From assembly GCA_963924565.1 (NCBI GenBank), contig OZ004609.1, positions 25,172,001 through 25,236,000 of the forward strand: DNA of 64,000 bases, read 5' to 3'. Shown in pieces: positions 12,641 through 24,699 of this stretch; position 1 is the first letter of the stretch; every line of letters begins with the position of its first letter. Under the pieces are notes generated by a model that was not told the DNA's origin, did no database searches, and saw only the letters and a list, made by a program, of their open reading frames with translations. The translations under genes and the position numbers were made by a program. This stretch comes from Ascidiella aspersa. Its lineage: Eukaryota.

Positions 12641-15600
12641 TAATCATATTATTAGTGTACATTTAATAAGTAATCAATTTATCAAAGAAAACAGTTTAAT
12701 TAAAATTAAAACGGTATTACAACGACATGTTGAAAAGAGCAAAAACAACCAACCCATGTGAAATTGTTGCACCATTGAAACTTTAAACTGGCAACGTTGG
12801 TATATGCGTCGACTCCAAAACGAAACACTAAAGTGTGCTTTGTTTTTGGATGAACAACGTACTAATATAACGAGAGTTTAATGAGAGCAAGTAAACTCTT
12901 GTAGCCCATAGGTCCAAAGGCCGCTATTGTTGAGTCATCGGGCAAAAGATTACCGAATTAGGACCGAAAAAGATTTACCTTGTTCCAACGCGACGCAAAA
13001 GACTGTTTCAGATCGCCCCGACATAGGAATACATAGAGTCGTGAGAAAATCGAACATCGAGCGAGACAACTTTGAAGAGAAAGTCCCGACGACATCCTGG
13101 ATTTACGCTGTGACTCAGGGGATATTTTTAAAACGGGCGTCCTCAATAAATCAGCAGCGAGGTCGCGCGTATGGCAGCGCTTTTATGTCAGCTTCATGCA
13201 TAAAACAAATCGAACATTATATTTTTAGAATTAACACGTAAAAGTGTCGGCGCCTGCTTAATCGAGTTCCAATTTACGGAGCAACTTTAAATCATCCCAG
13301 ATACGTTAATGTCTCACATTTGTGCCATATGCCTTCTAGGACAAAAAACTTTTACTGTGACAAATAGGGCCAAATACTTGGGAAGCGACTGCTGCGTTAA
13401 CCGTCCAGTTGTCTCCCGTTGCAAGGGCTTATCTGTAGCGTAAATAAACACCCAAGCGGAAAGGTCAATCGACAGAAGCAACAGCAGCAGCCAAAGCAGA
13501 TCCAAAAACCCTTTCTCGTTCTTTCCGCCGCCAGCGCTAACCCAACACAACTTGTACAACAATATTGTTCTTCCAGTATTTCTAAAAACGTTTTCCGTCT
13601 CAGGTTTGTGGATGACTTTTCATCCTCACTTTCGGCGTAGAGACATTCTTGTGTATTTGCTGATGTCCACTGGTGGTGGCGGCTGTGACTTATAGCTAGG
13701 TACGACACAACAGTAATCCGTGACCCTAAAACGCTGGGTGATTTCCAAATAAACTATGCTTTTTCAACTAAGCGATTCGGAAATTTTGGACGTTCTATTA
13801 ATGACCTCCTATAGGAAAGCCTTAACAAAGATTATGATGGGTACAAGCTTGAAATAAAATAAACGCACTCTTTAGTGCTCATTTTTTTTATAATATTAAA
13901 AATAAAATGAATTAAAGTTCGAAGTAAGTTAAAAATCGAGTATGCAAACCTTCATTATACCTTCTAATAATAGTCAAGCGATCTTCAAGCTTCGTTTGTA
14001 ACGTGCTTGAATATCAAGTTTGAGTAAATGTGATAATAATCGGGGCGCTGGCAACACGGAGTCATTTTTGACACATTGGGGATGTTTACATCCTTCTAAG
14101 TATAGACATTACTCTCAAAGGAAACTATTCGACTTGAAATCGGTAACTGTGCATAAAATATCAGTTTAACCAATCGCAAAGCTAATTACGCGCGACCACC
14201 AGCGAACCTCCCGCCACAAGTCATCCAAACCACACCTGCCTTCCCCAACACCGGAACCTTGAGTAAATGATGTCATCGCTAAAGGCTGAACCAAGTAATA
14301 ATTCAATATCGTGACGTCACCATGTTTAGTAGGGTCGCAGCCAGCAGAGTCGTCGTTCCCGATATTTGACCCGAGAGCGCTGCGGGTGGTCGTAACTGGA
14401 CACTTGACCAGCCCGCTACGGCCAGGTAGCAATTTTGGGCTTACGTCACATCGTTACGATGGCGCTGCGAAGATTTGCTGCTGTTGTGTCATCGAGCTAA
14501 GTACAGTAGCCCCGAATTACCCTCCTTTGTCAGGGATTTGCCCCGTTATTATAATACCCAAAGGTTGTAAGCAACCGAATGATCAAGTGTTGTTAGAATT
14601 TAACTTGCTATACATAACTCGAAGATTTTAGGCTGCGAGTTCGATTCCCTTCTCAAGTACGATTCACGATTACCTTTCTAATTTAATGATCGCGAGTCTG
14701 CTTTTTTTAATGAAATAAAGCTTTTGACTTTCTTATTTTGATTAAGATCGAAAAATGTATTGGTATTGTTCCAAATTGAGACGTACGTTATGCATGATTT
14801 CGAAACCGATTAAAAAGATACCAACGTTCAGGGTCGCAAGGTTATTGTCGGAAATTGCTGACAAAGCGTTGCGGAATTTTTGCTGAAAAACAGCTTGAGC
14901 TAATGGTGTGACCTCGGTTGGCCGCACATAAGAGATATTAAATGATTCACTGACACTTAATCCCGTCATCGAACTGCCGATGCTAACGCTTTCCAAAGTT
15001 CTAATTGCACACAGGTGCCCCGGTTGGGTGGTTCTCATTCATTCCGTTTTTTAAACACGACATGTGTAAATCGAAATTAGCACCAACAAACTGAACTTTA
15101 TGCAATTATGAATTAAAATTACTTTGCAAGCGATAATAAAAAACTAAAAAAAAATTATTCAATGTATTCAATTGCACCTTGGACTAATAAGCACCTTAAT
15201 ACAAGTTAAGTCATATGCGTAAATCACTTCAGTCCAAGCAAAGTAATTTGTCTAAATGACTAAAGTCCAATTACGCATTTTACCTTAAACGAAAAAGATA
15301 AAACTCAAGCCAGGTCATTTAAAATAAGTGATTTAAGTGAACCCGAGTCATTGACTGAAGTCAATGCAACTGTGGTGCCCACACAACGGAACGTATATTA
15401 ATTTTTCGTAATTTTTTTGACAAAACTGAGTGGCATTTTGCTGTAAAGACATGCTGCTAAAAATGTTACAATGGAACAAAAGGAAGATGTGTCAAACAAG
15501 TTTTCACTGATTATAACACGTCAACATAATTGACCTAATGTTATATACCGACACGTATAATTCAAATAAAATTTCCCGGATTTTAAAACGAGTTTACAAC

Positions 15601-16570
15601 TGTAATTGAGAAAAGCACGCCTTGCAAAATGCTGCGGAAGAAAAGAGACTCGAACTAAAATTTACGGCAACATCCGCTAAATGTCAAACATTAAAATAAC
15701 GCGGCCTAAATACGGTACTTTTAACGATCGCAATTAACAAAAAATACGCTTGGAAAACTTGCGAGACACATAATCTTGTCTTCGACTCCTGCTAATGTCA
15801 CGACTTGGTCGCTTAACGCTCACGGCCGCCGTAGCGGACTCGGCTGTTTAGTCTGACTCTTGCGGAAGAGGCGCAGTTCATCGAGACTTTCTTCCAAGAT
15901 GCGCAACCGCCGATATGGCTTGCGATTGACGTTATAGGTGGCGAACATTTTGGGCGAAAAACGCCGACGTTTTCCAAGAAGTTCCGGAAAAGCCCGCGAT
16001 TGCCGCTCTCGGGGCGATAAAACAGCCGCAACATTCGCTAGAGTTTGCCGTCGTTCGAAACCTTAAGGATTTCAACAGCGCCTCCCTCGAAAGATACAGC
16101 CCTAGTGTGATAAGGCTAGCTGCGAAATTTTGTTTCGCTAAAGTTGCCGATTTTTGAGCTTAGAGTCCAGTGCAAAACAAGTTTTTGGAGCATAATGGTT
16201 GGAAGTTTTAGTTAAATGTGGTAGAAATATCAAAGCCTTTAGTAGAAGTTTAGGTGACATTTTTGTACATTTTCGAATAAACTCATTTTTGTACATTTCG
16301 AATAACTGATTTATTTAAAATATCAATGTTATATTCTAATATGTATACTTTTATATGGGTTTTGATATACTTCTCAAATTTGTTTCTTTTACTGTAATTT
16401 GACCTTCATGGCTCATAGCCATCACTTATGTGTCTTATGCATACAGCAAAAGCCCAGACGATTACGCGTAAACATCGGCCATTTTTGATGAAGCAAAGTT
16501 TTTAACTGCACAGAATTATCCCAATGTTACGCCGTTGTGTAGATTTTTATCGTGATGAATAAGTCTGACG

Positions 16571-16815
16571 CAGTGGTTTCCAACCTTTTTGGCTTACGGC
16601 ACCCGACACAAAATTTACATTTGGTTGCTTTGTATATAAAATTAGTTTGCTTTTATTGTGGTGTCAATGTAAAAAAATTGAAATAACGCTAGTAGATTGT
16701 TTATAATATTGAAAAATGTTTTTTGATTTGATACCCTAAAATCGTACATAAACAATAAGAAGCATCTAAAATATTTTGGCACCCTTGAGCTCGAGAACTG
16801 GCACCCTAGTGTGCA
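16571..16815. mobile_element. Partial CAGTGGTT-type MITE
   Basis: Left end CAGTGGTTTCCAACCTTTTTGG with three GGCACCC motifs; right TIR not seen; end approximate. Confidence 0.5.
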
Positions 16816-18106
16816 GCGGTCTATTGTTCTACGGCAATGTCTGTTAAAATTCACATTATTGACAATCAAATTAAGCGTAAAAGTACTAACTGTAAAAAAT
16901 ATTGCATTTTATTTTTTCCTTTACAAAGGGCTTCGGTTGTTTTATAAAGTGACGCATTTATCGCAGTTGACAAATTGTCAGTTCATGTTAAAATAAAATG
17001 ATCGTTAAAAATATTAACAATTATAAAAGTAAAAGCAAAAATAAAAGGTTGGTAAAAAGTACAATACCTTACTCACTTTTAAGCGGGACTTGAAACTTGA
17101 ACATTTACCTATTCGTTATGCACCAGGGATTAATAAGAAGACACCTGTTGCCAGTTGTTTTTGATTCTTTTCATTATATTTATCTTACTGCTAAACACTT
17201 AGCTTCTTGTCATTATTAGGAAAATTTAAAAGACATACTACGTTCAACTGTTTGTTTTATTTTAAAAGTACATCGCATATAGTTTGATTCAAAATTGGAA
17301 AGTTATTATTTTGTTACAAATTTCGCATTTTAAATAATATGTTTTTTTGGTTTCAACATCACACTAACGCACAAAAATGTACTGTTTGACGTCATCAAAC
17401 AGGCCTCTAGCTGAGTTAAACTTTAGTTATTTGATTGGGTGATATCACTTAGATGTTATCGCAATATTGATCACTTTTTTCGGGGTAAGGCGTCATCACA
17501 GTTGTCACTGTTGTGACGACGCCAAATCTATGCTTTAACTTAATGTGCACTCTGGATGCATTTTTAAAAGAATTTATTTAGGCTAAGGATTCAAAAAATC
17601 AGTTTGACATATTTCTTTAATGACATAAGTTGGGCGTGGGTGTTTTGCTAACTAAAATTTAGTTATTTCCATGAAATTGCGGCGCCCAGCAATGTAAACC
17701 AGCGTTTTCGTCGCTATGACCAAAAACGTCATCAGCAACCGAAACCCAGATAAGTGTGAAGCGGCGGGTGATAGGGTGCTGCCAACAATGCACAATGCGA
17801 TTAAAAAACGAAACCGGTGCGACGAGCCGTCATCATCTGAAAGCGCCCCTTCTAGTGCTAGAGTTTCGCGAAAGAGGCGGCGGCGGCCATCGCGCCTTTT
17901 CATCAGCAAGTCGAAAAACAATCGCACCGAGCTGGATCATCCCGTAATTGCAATGCACGCAAATCGCTAACACGGGGTGAAGTTGAACAACACACGCAAA
18001 AGCGCGCTGGCGTTTAACGAACGCCGCCCTCAAATTACGGCGACGCACCAAACGCCGTTCTCTCTTTTGTCGCCGCCCTGACAACGTGTTTTGCCTAATT
18101 GCAAAG

Positions 18107-18107
<1 letters not shown>

Positions 18108-18145
<38 letters not shown>
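18108..18145. repeat. (CTG)12 microsatellite
   Basis: Perfect trinucleotide run read directly. Confidence 0.95.
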
Positions 18146-19510
18146 AGGCTGTTAAACGCTTTAAGCCCTTAAAATGTATACCGCCATGTTTGCACCTGGT
18201 TTTGTAGTTCCAGGTTTGAAATAAATATTTTTGAGATTGTATTTACTCGATTTTCTAATTTTGTTGATTGCACAAATTTATAATTGTTTGACACATCCAC
18301 TGGAAATTATTTGCAAATTGCAGTTGTTTAGTAGCTTTTCAGGTTTTTGGGCTTGATTGACTCTGTTCGCATTGTTGAAAATAACTATCTAAATTGTTAT
18401 TACCAATTTGCAAAAAGGCGTTTAAAATCAACTTTTAAAATAGCATTTACCAATTTTTGTAGTAATTTTAATCGGTGCGCTAATAATTATTTTTTTACAA
18501 CGCATTGCCGGTCGAAATCGCTCGACGCGTGCTCGCAGTATTTACGACATCGCCGTCGAATCTCAATTACACCTAATAACTTTTACGATGTGTAACACAC
18601 TCCACATCGGCTGACTCAAGCGCGAAACACAAAATGGCGGCCGCAAGGTTGTACAGCCTGAAACTGCAGTGTGATCAAAATCGGAGCCCAAGTAAACAGA
18701 AAGGAAATTGTGTTGATCGTTCTAGTTTGTTTGTAAACAAGGCGACCAGCGCGCCCTGGAAAAGAGTTGCCAATACAGTGGTACGCACGGGCCGACGTAG
18801 GTGTTCTGTGCATACCGGTTGCTTATCAAATCGCGATAAAACGACGTCAGGGCGTAATTCACTTGGAATGCATGTCGCGCATTATTGGCAAAGCAATCTT
18901 GGCGGGAGGGGGTGAAACAGCAGCGGCCAGGCTTTGGTCGGTCGCTTGGTTACGCAATTTTCGAGCGCGCGCTAATGTGAATAGAGGAAAGGTTTATCAA
19001 GATGAAGACCACTGTCAAAGCTTTGGAAATATCACTTACCTGGGCCATAGTTGCACGATACTCGCGGAACGGGCAGGCTTTCCATTTGGACTGTTTGCTA
19101 TATGTTGTTCAGACAACAGCACCAAAATACATTTGGGTGCGTTTGCGGTGAAACCGGGGCGCAAATTAAGTGAAATCTTGAAGCGGGCCCATTCCACCCC
19201 AGCACTGTAGAAAGTCGAACGAGAATATCGTCGGCGGCGGCGGCGAGGAAATTGATTGACGCGGTGCGATCGTGGCGCTGGAGGCGAAGGATTACGTTTT
19301 GCTTCGCGAGACGAGAAAGTGCGACGAGGGCCGAGAGCCGGGGCCCGGGCGTTCTCTGGACTACAGTGCGAGGTGCGGGCCACAACAGTCGCAGCTCGCT
19401 TTCGACGAAGGGTCTCGACGGAGCGACTTCATTTGGAGTTTGCGTCGCTTCGAAGGCGCGATGCTTTTTCTGGTTTTCATGTCCGTATACCTGGGCGGCG
19501 ATTAGCTAAC

Positions 19511-19540
19511 GTTGCTGCTGTTGTTGTTGTTGTTGTTGGT
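19511..19540. repeat. (GCT/GTT)n microsatellite
   Basis: gttgctgctgttgttgttgttgttgttggt. Confidence 0.85.
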
Positions 19541-21869
19541 GTCGCAAGGGGCGAACGGACATTTGATTCAGCTGGACTGGCAAAATGCGCCGGCGAAATG
19601 CGGATTAATGTCAGGCAATGGGAAATGCTTAATTGTCAGCACTTTGCTGCTTCCCGATCAGAAGCGTCTTGAAGGGTTGTTCCGTTTTTAACCGGATATA
19701 TAATTTGTGTTTCCGTGTGGTTGTTTAAAGTTGATGGCCCAAATATTCAAAAATAAAGGAAAAGTACATCAATTAATATAAGGTTGCAGAGTTTAAGGTT
19801 AAAGAAAAAAAAATCGTTTGGTTGTTGCTGTTTAGTTTGAATGTGCAAAACATCGAAACAAGTTGCTTGTATTTTCAAGCCAAGCGCACAACAAAATATG
19901 GTACCCTCGTTCGTATTACATCTGTCGTTAGTGGCATTTTAAAATTTTTGTTTGATTTTACCATACTTTCATTTCAAGTATCATGACTATTTGGCAAAAA
20001 TTAATAAAATAAAAACATACATATATGACTTTGTTATTTAGCTTGCTATTTTGGCTGCAATATGTGCTTTATTAATGCCTTATCCAGAAATTTTGCTTTT
20101 GTTTTAGAGATGATAGTAGTCCGATCTTGTGTTTATTTTATCACTAGTTTAAATTCAAGCAGAAATAAACAAAAAAAGGCCCAAAGGCCGAATATATTGC
20201 CCAACAATGGTTAAAGTAAGAGTAATAAGATGTGAACATCACGTCCGCAGTGAGTTTAACGTGGTATTGCAAATTGTGTGTGACTTTTAGAAAAATGTTG
20301 TTACCTTTTAACTGGACGTGTTAGTTTTTATAAAACCTAAAGGTTCAATATTTTAAGGCCATTGAGACATAAATAATTATTCGCAAAACCGGTAATGGCA
20401 AAAGATTAACCGCTAACTGAAAAATACTGCCAGCCGAAACAGCTATAGCGTCTCCAGAATGCGCAAAATGGCGGGTGACGCTGTAATGCAATATATACGG
20501 GCGCCGCGTTACGAAGCGCGTAATATGATGCAAATAAAACGAGTTTGGTTGCACTGACGAGGTTCAAAGTACTTATCGCGATAACATTAAAAAATGCCTG
20601 CTTTGGAAAGCAACATGTATTGATTCGAGCGAAAGTTTAGAAGCGTTTACCGTTTTTTTGAATAATATACATGCATGACAGCTTGGTTCTGTGTGCATAG
20701 TTTTTGTAAATATTTTTAAATTACTTAACTTGAACATTGGTTCACCGAAACATTCATACCCTCTAAAGGCTCCCGGCGTACTTAAAATTGGGTTGACAAT
20801 TTAGGTTTAATTAACATAATTTTCCTGTTGTTAAACCACCGCATAAATAGTTATGTGAACACTTAATGTTCTTATCAACGTGGGCAAATGTGTCCCGCGG
20901 CGTCGACAAGTTGTCCTTCCAGGAACACGACCGGTAGAAGCGCCAACACTTTAACTGAAACAAGCAGCATCGTCAGCATCTACGGTGGTCCCGAGATTTT
21001 CCAGGCGCCTGATCAGTTAATCCCTGGGGCCTGGGTGCCGAGAGCCTGTACATGCCCAAAGGCCCGCTTTAACCAGGGATCCTGTATGCTCGGCCCAGGA
21101 ACGGGCATAGCATGTGTCTGTTATACGACTTTGGGTCGGGGGAACCACGTCGCAGACCCTTCGTAAAAGCCCAATCTAATGCGGGCAGCGGTGCGTAAAG
21201 TGGATTTAAGCGGGCTTTTATTATTATGCGATGCCCGGTGAACATTCTTCGAAAGCTGAGTGGCTTACGCCTCTGACAGGGCACAGGAATAGACTCAACG
21301 CAAGATACCGCGGCGTTATTTTATTCTAATTTGGCGGCCTGTTGCCAGAGTGTAATTGGCGTTTTAAATCTCTCAGATAATGGATGTTATGGATGACTGT
21401 GTGCTTTTGAAAATCATGGTGGTTTCCGTTTTTAACCCTTAGTTTCAGTTTCACTTGTTAACAGCTTTACGAGGTAAAAATTGTATTTTGGTGGTATTTT
21501 AATAATGTAATTTATTGTCAAAGCGCTAGTAACCTGTAATTACTTTTTTTTTATTATTATTTAAATTTCGGGTAGCTTTTAAGTACAACTGCCAGCCAAC
21601 AGCTAATGCCTCGCGCTGGACAAAGTACCTAGTTTCGTTAGTGGGGTCAAGGGCTAAATTACACAGTGGCGAAGTGTAAAAGAGCCGAAAGCCGCAAACA
21701 GCGTCAACAACCGCCTTCTAATCTCCAGAGGCGGCATGTTCGGCGCCTATTACAGCTCAAAACTCGCGGTACGTTATGTAAGATAATGTAGGTTTTTATG
21801 AAAGAAAGGAAACGAAGTGTAGCCGCGCTGAACTATAGTCCAAAAAAACAACGTCACGGTTTAATCCTT

Positions 21870-22640
21870 AAATTTTGCAGGAAATGCGCCTTGTAGAAGC
21901 GACAAAGTTACATAATGAGAAGAAGGCTGTCCGAAAATACGCGGAAAGCGTTTTTTTAACACCGTCATAAGCGGTCAATGGTTGTGGCGGCGGCGACGGC
22001 AGCCAGAATGTAGGGCGCCCACGTCAACGAGGTTAGGACTCGCAAATTAGCACGTGCGATCCACAAAGGGGGCCCGAGCCTATTAAGTTAAGGATGTCCG
22101 TCGAAAATTAGGCGCGCAACGGAGATATATATCGTCGGGCGGCTTCGGAGCCTGGGCACAACCAGCAGCCGTAGAGGAACGCTCTTCTCCGTCGCGGATC
22201 GGCCAATGCGTAATTGTTTCCGAATGGGAGAGTGGATGGAATAAAAGGGCGATCATTAATACGGCGTTGTGGTCGGACTGTTGGTTGGCCGCGGGCAAGC
22301 CGGCAATTACAGCTAATAAGGACCACGCTACGACACAACAGCACTCGCCTGTAATGCTCGCTGGCCGACGCAGCAGCGCAAGTAGCGAGGGTAATCTCGC
22401 GCTGTACGCGTCGACGGCGACCACGTTTGTTTTGTTTAATTGCGGTTTAATATCTGTTGTCGACGAATTGGGAAAGTATTGCCGCGAAAAGGAAGCGCGA
22501 TGACGTTGCGAGCACCATCTGAGCTGTCGAAAGTTAAACGGCCACGACCCTGGCCCGGTTCACGGTTGCGGGTCAGTCGACGATTAGATGGCGTCCGAGA
22601 TATGCAGGAAAGTCGATGTGGAAATTTCAGGAAGGCGTAA
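21870..22640. promoter_or_regulatory. Candidate FoxF proximal enhancer/promoter block
   Basis: CpG-rich block 0.4-1.2 kb upstream of the ATG with clustered GGAA/GGAT (Ets), ATTA/TAAT, an E-box CACGTG (22051) and GTAAACA (22637). Function inferred from position and motifs only. Confidence 0.5.
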
Positions 22641-22960
22641 ACACTAAACAGTTTATCGTAGTAGAGAAGTAATAAAATTAGTTATATCAGAGCAGGGGTG
22701 TGTGCAAGATTCAGTTACAGGGCAACAGGTTTTATGTGATTAAGTAAGCAAGTGTGTAAATGTTGGAGTAAAGTTGATGCAGATATAAATCCTGAACATA
22801 TTATTTGGAACGTTGTTAGCAGTGACCAAAAAGTACAACTGAATTACGATATTTTACGAAACGTTTGAATGTTTTAATATTTTGTTGCGACAACATTTTT
22901 ATGGCGAACTATTATTAAAATTTAACGATAAAATGTACTTCAAGTATAATAACATCGCTA

Positions 22961-22972
22961 TTCTTTCAGCAG
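22961..22972 (+). other. Splice acceptor (tandem CAG-CAG) in the FoxF 5' leader; cis 5'UTR intron or SL trans-splice site
   Basis: ttctttcag|cag about 80 nt before the ATG with no intervening ATG; a consensus donor TAA|GTAAGC lies at 22744. Confidence 0.45.
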
Positions 22973-23051
22973 ATTATCTACCAATTTAGATAACAAATTT
23001 TGCACATCCTGCAATTTTCGAAGCAACAAACACGAAGTTGTCCAACATATT

Positions 23052-24699
23052 ATGGAAGTGACTGGACACCACCTCCGAGGCCTCAGTCCAGTTGGATCCT
23101 ACCAGTCACGAATGGGGCTGCCTCAGCACGCAACTCATGCCCCCCTGGGCCAACAGCGTTCGCTGCCCGTCATGGGGCACCACTACACCAATCCAGGACA
23201 GCAGCTGCACCACACAAACAGTTTCGAGCTCCCGCCCCTCGACCACAGCCACCTACAGCAGCAGTACAACATGGCGGCCGCGCACAAGGCCGTTAGCAGT
23301 CAGCACCATCTATTTCAGCATCACAATCTTCAAGCGGAGCTTCCCATGTCGATTCCGAATCGCCCGGGCAGCGGCGACTCAATGCTAGGTTCTCAACAAC
23401 AACAGCAGCAACAGCAGCAGATCGTTCCCAACCTTCAACAGCAACAGCAGCAGCAGATGCCCACGCACCATCAGCACCTGCAACAGTCGCCCACTATCGA
23501 ATCGGCGTTGAACAACGGCAGCAGATCGGCGGTGGACGAGCTTTCGCGCAACGAAAACGCCAACAACAACATCAGCAGTAAGGTCGACGGTCCGGCGTTG
23601 AGCACAGACGGAAACAGCTCTGGTCTGTCCGACAACGGTGTTCTCGATGGACCAGCGATTCTTGATCCTAACTTGAGCCTAGGTTCGGCCAACGGTGATC
23701 CGCAGACCCCACCAAGCGCTGATGAGGACGGTAGCGACGGAATGTCCAGCTCTGGCAAGAAGGCCGCCGACGCGAACGGTATGGGTCATCGACGCCCGGA
23801 AAAGCCACCATACTCGTACATCGCCCTGATCGTGATGGCCATTCAGAGCTCACCGGCGAAGAAGCTCACGCTCAGCGAGATCTACAATTTCCTGCAGACG
23901 CGCTTCGAGTTCTTCCGCGGCTCCTACCAGGGCTGGAAGAACTCCGTGCGGCACAACCTCTCACTCAACGAGTGTTTTATCAAGCTGCCCAAGGGACTCG
24001 GACGACCGGGAAAGGGCCACTACTGGACAATCGATCCGGCGAGCGAGTTCATGTTCGAAGAGGGGTCCTTTCGTCGACGTCCGAGGGGTTTCAGGAGAAA
24101 GTGCCAGGCGCTTAAACCGTACGGCATTTTCGGTGGGCCGCCCGGCCTCATCGGACACCAAGGCTACGGACCGCCTCACGACATGTTCGGGCCTGGGGGT
24201 GTTGGCCCGGGAGCCATGGCACCGCCGCCACATCGCGGCCACAACTTCATGGGATTCGATCCGGCCACAGCGCACTTCTTCAACGGCGCCGCCGTGGCGG
24301 CTGCTGCGGCAAACGGCATGACCAGCCCTGTGTGCACGTCGCCCACGATGGGCCCCAAGGATCCCTGCGGCTCCAATTCACCCCAGCACGCCATCACCAA
24401 TGGCCAGTTCCCGGCCAATGGCGCCGAGGTGTCCAGCGCCGCCAACAGCTCGGCGCAAGTTTCGCCGGCCAGCATCTCGGCTCAGTCCAGCCATTACTCA
24501 CCTGGCTCGATGTTCAGCTGGACGACCGGCACCACGTCGCAATCCCACGGCAGCTACATGCGCCAAAACCCGCCTGCCGGCAACGTCGTGTCCGATCACC
24601 ACCGCCACTCGATGATGAACGGCAACGCGCACCCAGTGGCCGTTCAGCGCATGGACTACCACCCGTTTTACTCGACGCCAAGGGATTTGTCGTACGAAG
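23052..24699 (+). CDS. FoxF: FoxF coding exon 1 (His/Gln-rich N-terminus, forkhead domain ~23790-24100, Pro/Gly/Ala/Ser-rich region)
   Basis: Long ORF in the track; donor GAAG|GTAATT at 24699/24700; 1648 nt = 549 codons + 1. Confidence 0.95.

Noticed and set aside
13604-13699. Isolated exon-like segment on + (ttttccgtctcag ... AG|GTACGA)
   Set aside because: No partner exons or recognisable peptide; splice-like signals are common by chance.
16259-16308. Short direct duplications (also 52357-52395 and 57630-57685)
   Set aside because: Two-copy slippage duplications, not arrays; no CRISPR-like spacing.
378-22640. Many 60-150 aa Arg/Ala/Pro-rich ORFs upstream, and similar ones at 24772-43139
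   Set aside because: They track GC-rich blocks on both strands, often start at non-ATG codons, and show no family similarity or consistent exon chain.
20000-22900. FENDRR-like divergent lncRNA
   Set aside because: Plausible by analogy with mammalian FOXF1, but nothing in the sequence supports it; needs stranded RNA-seq.
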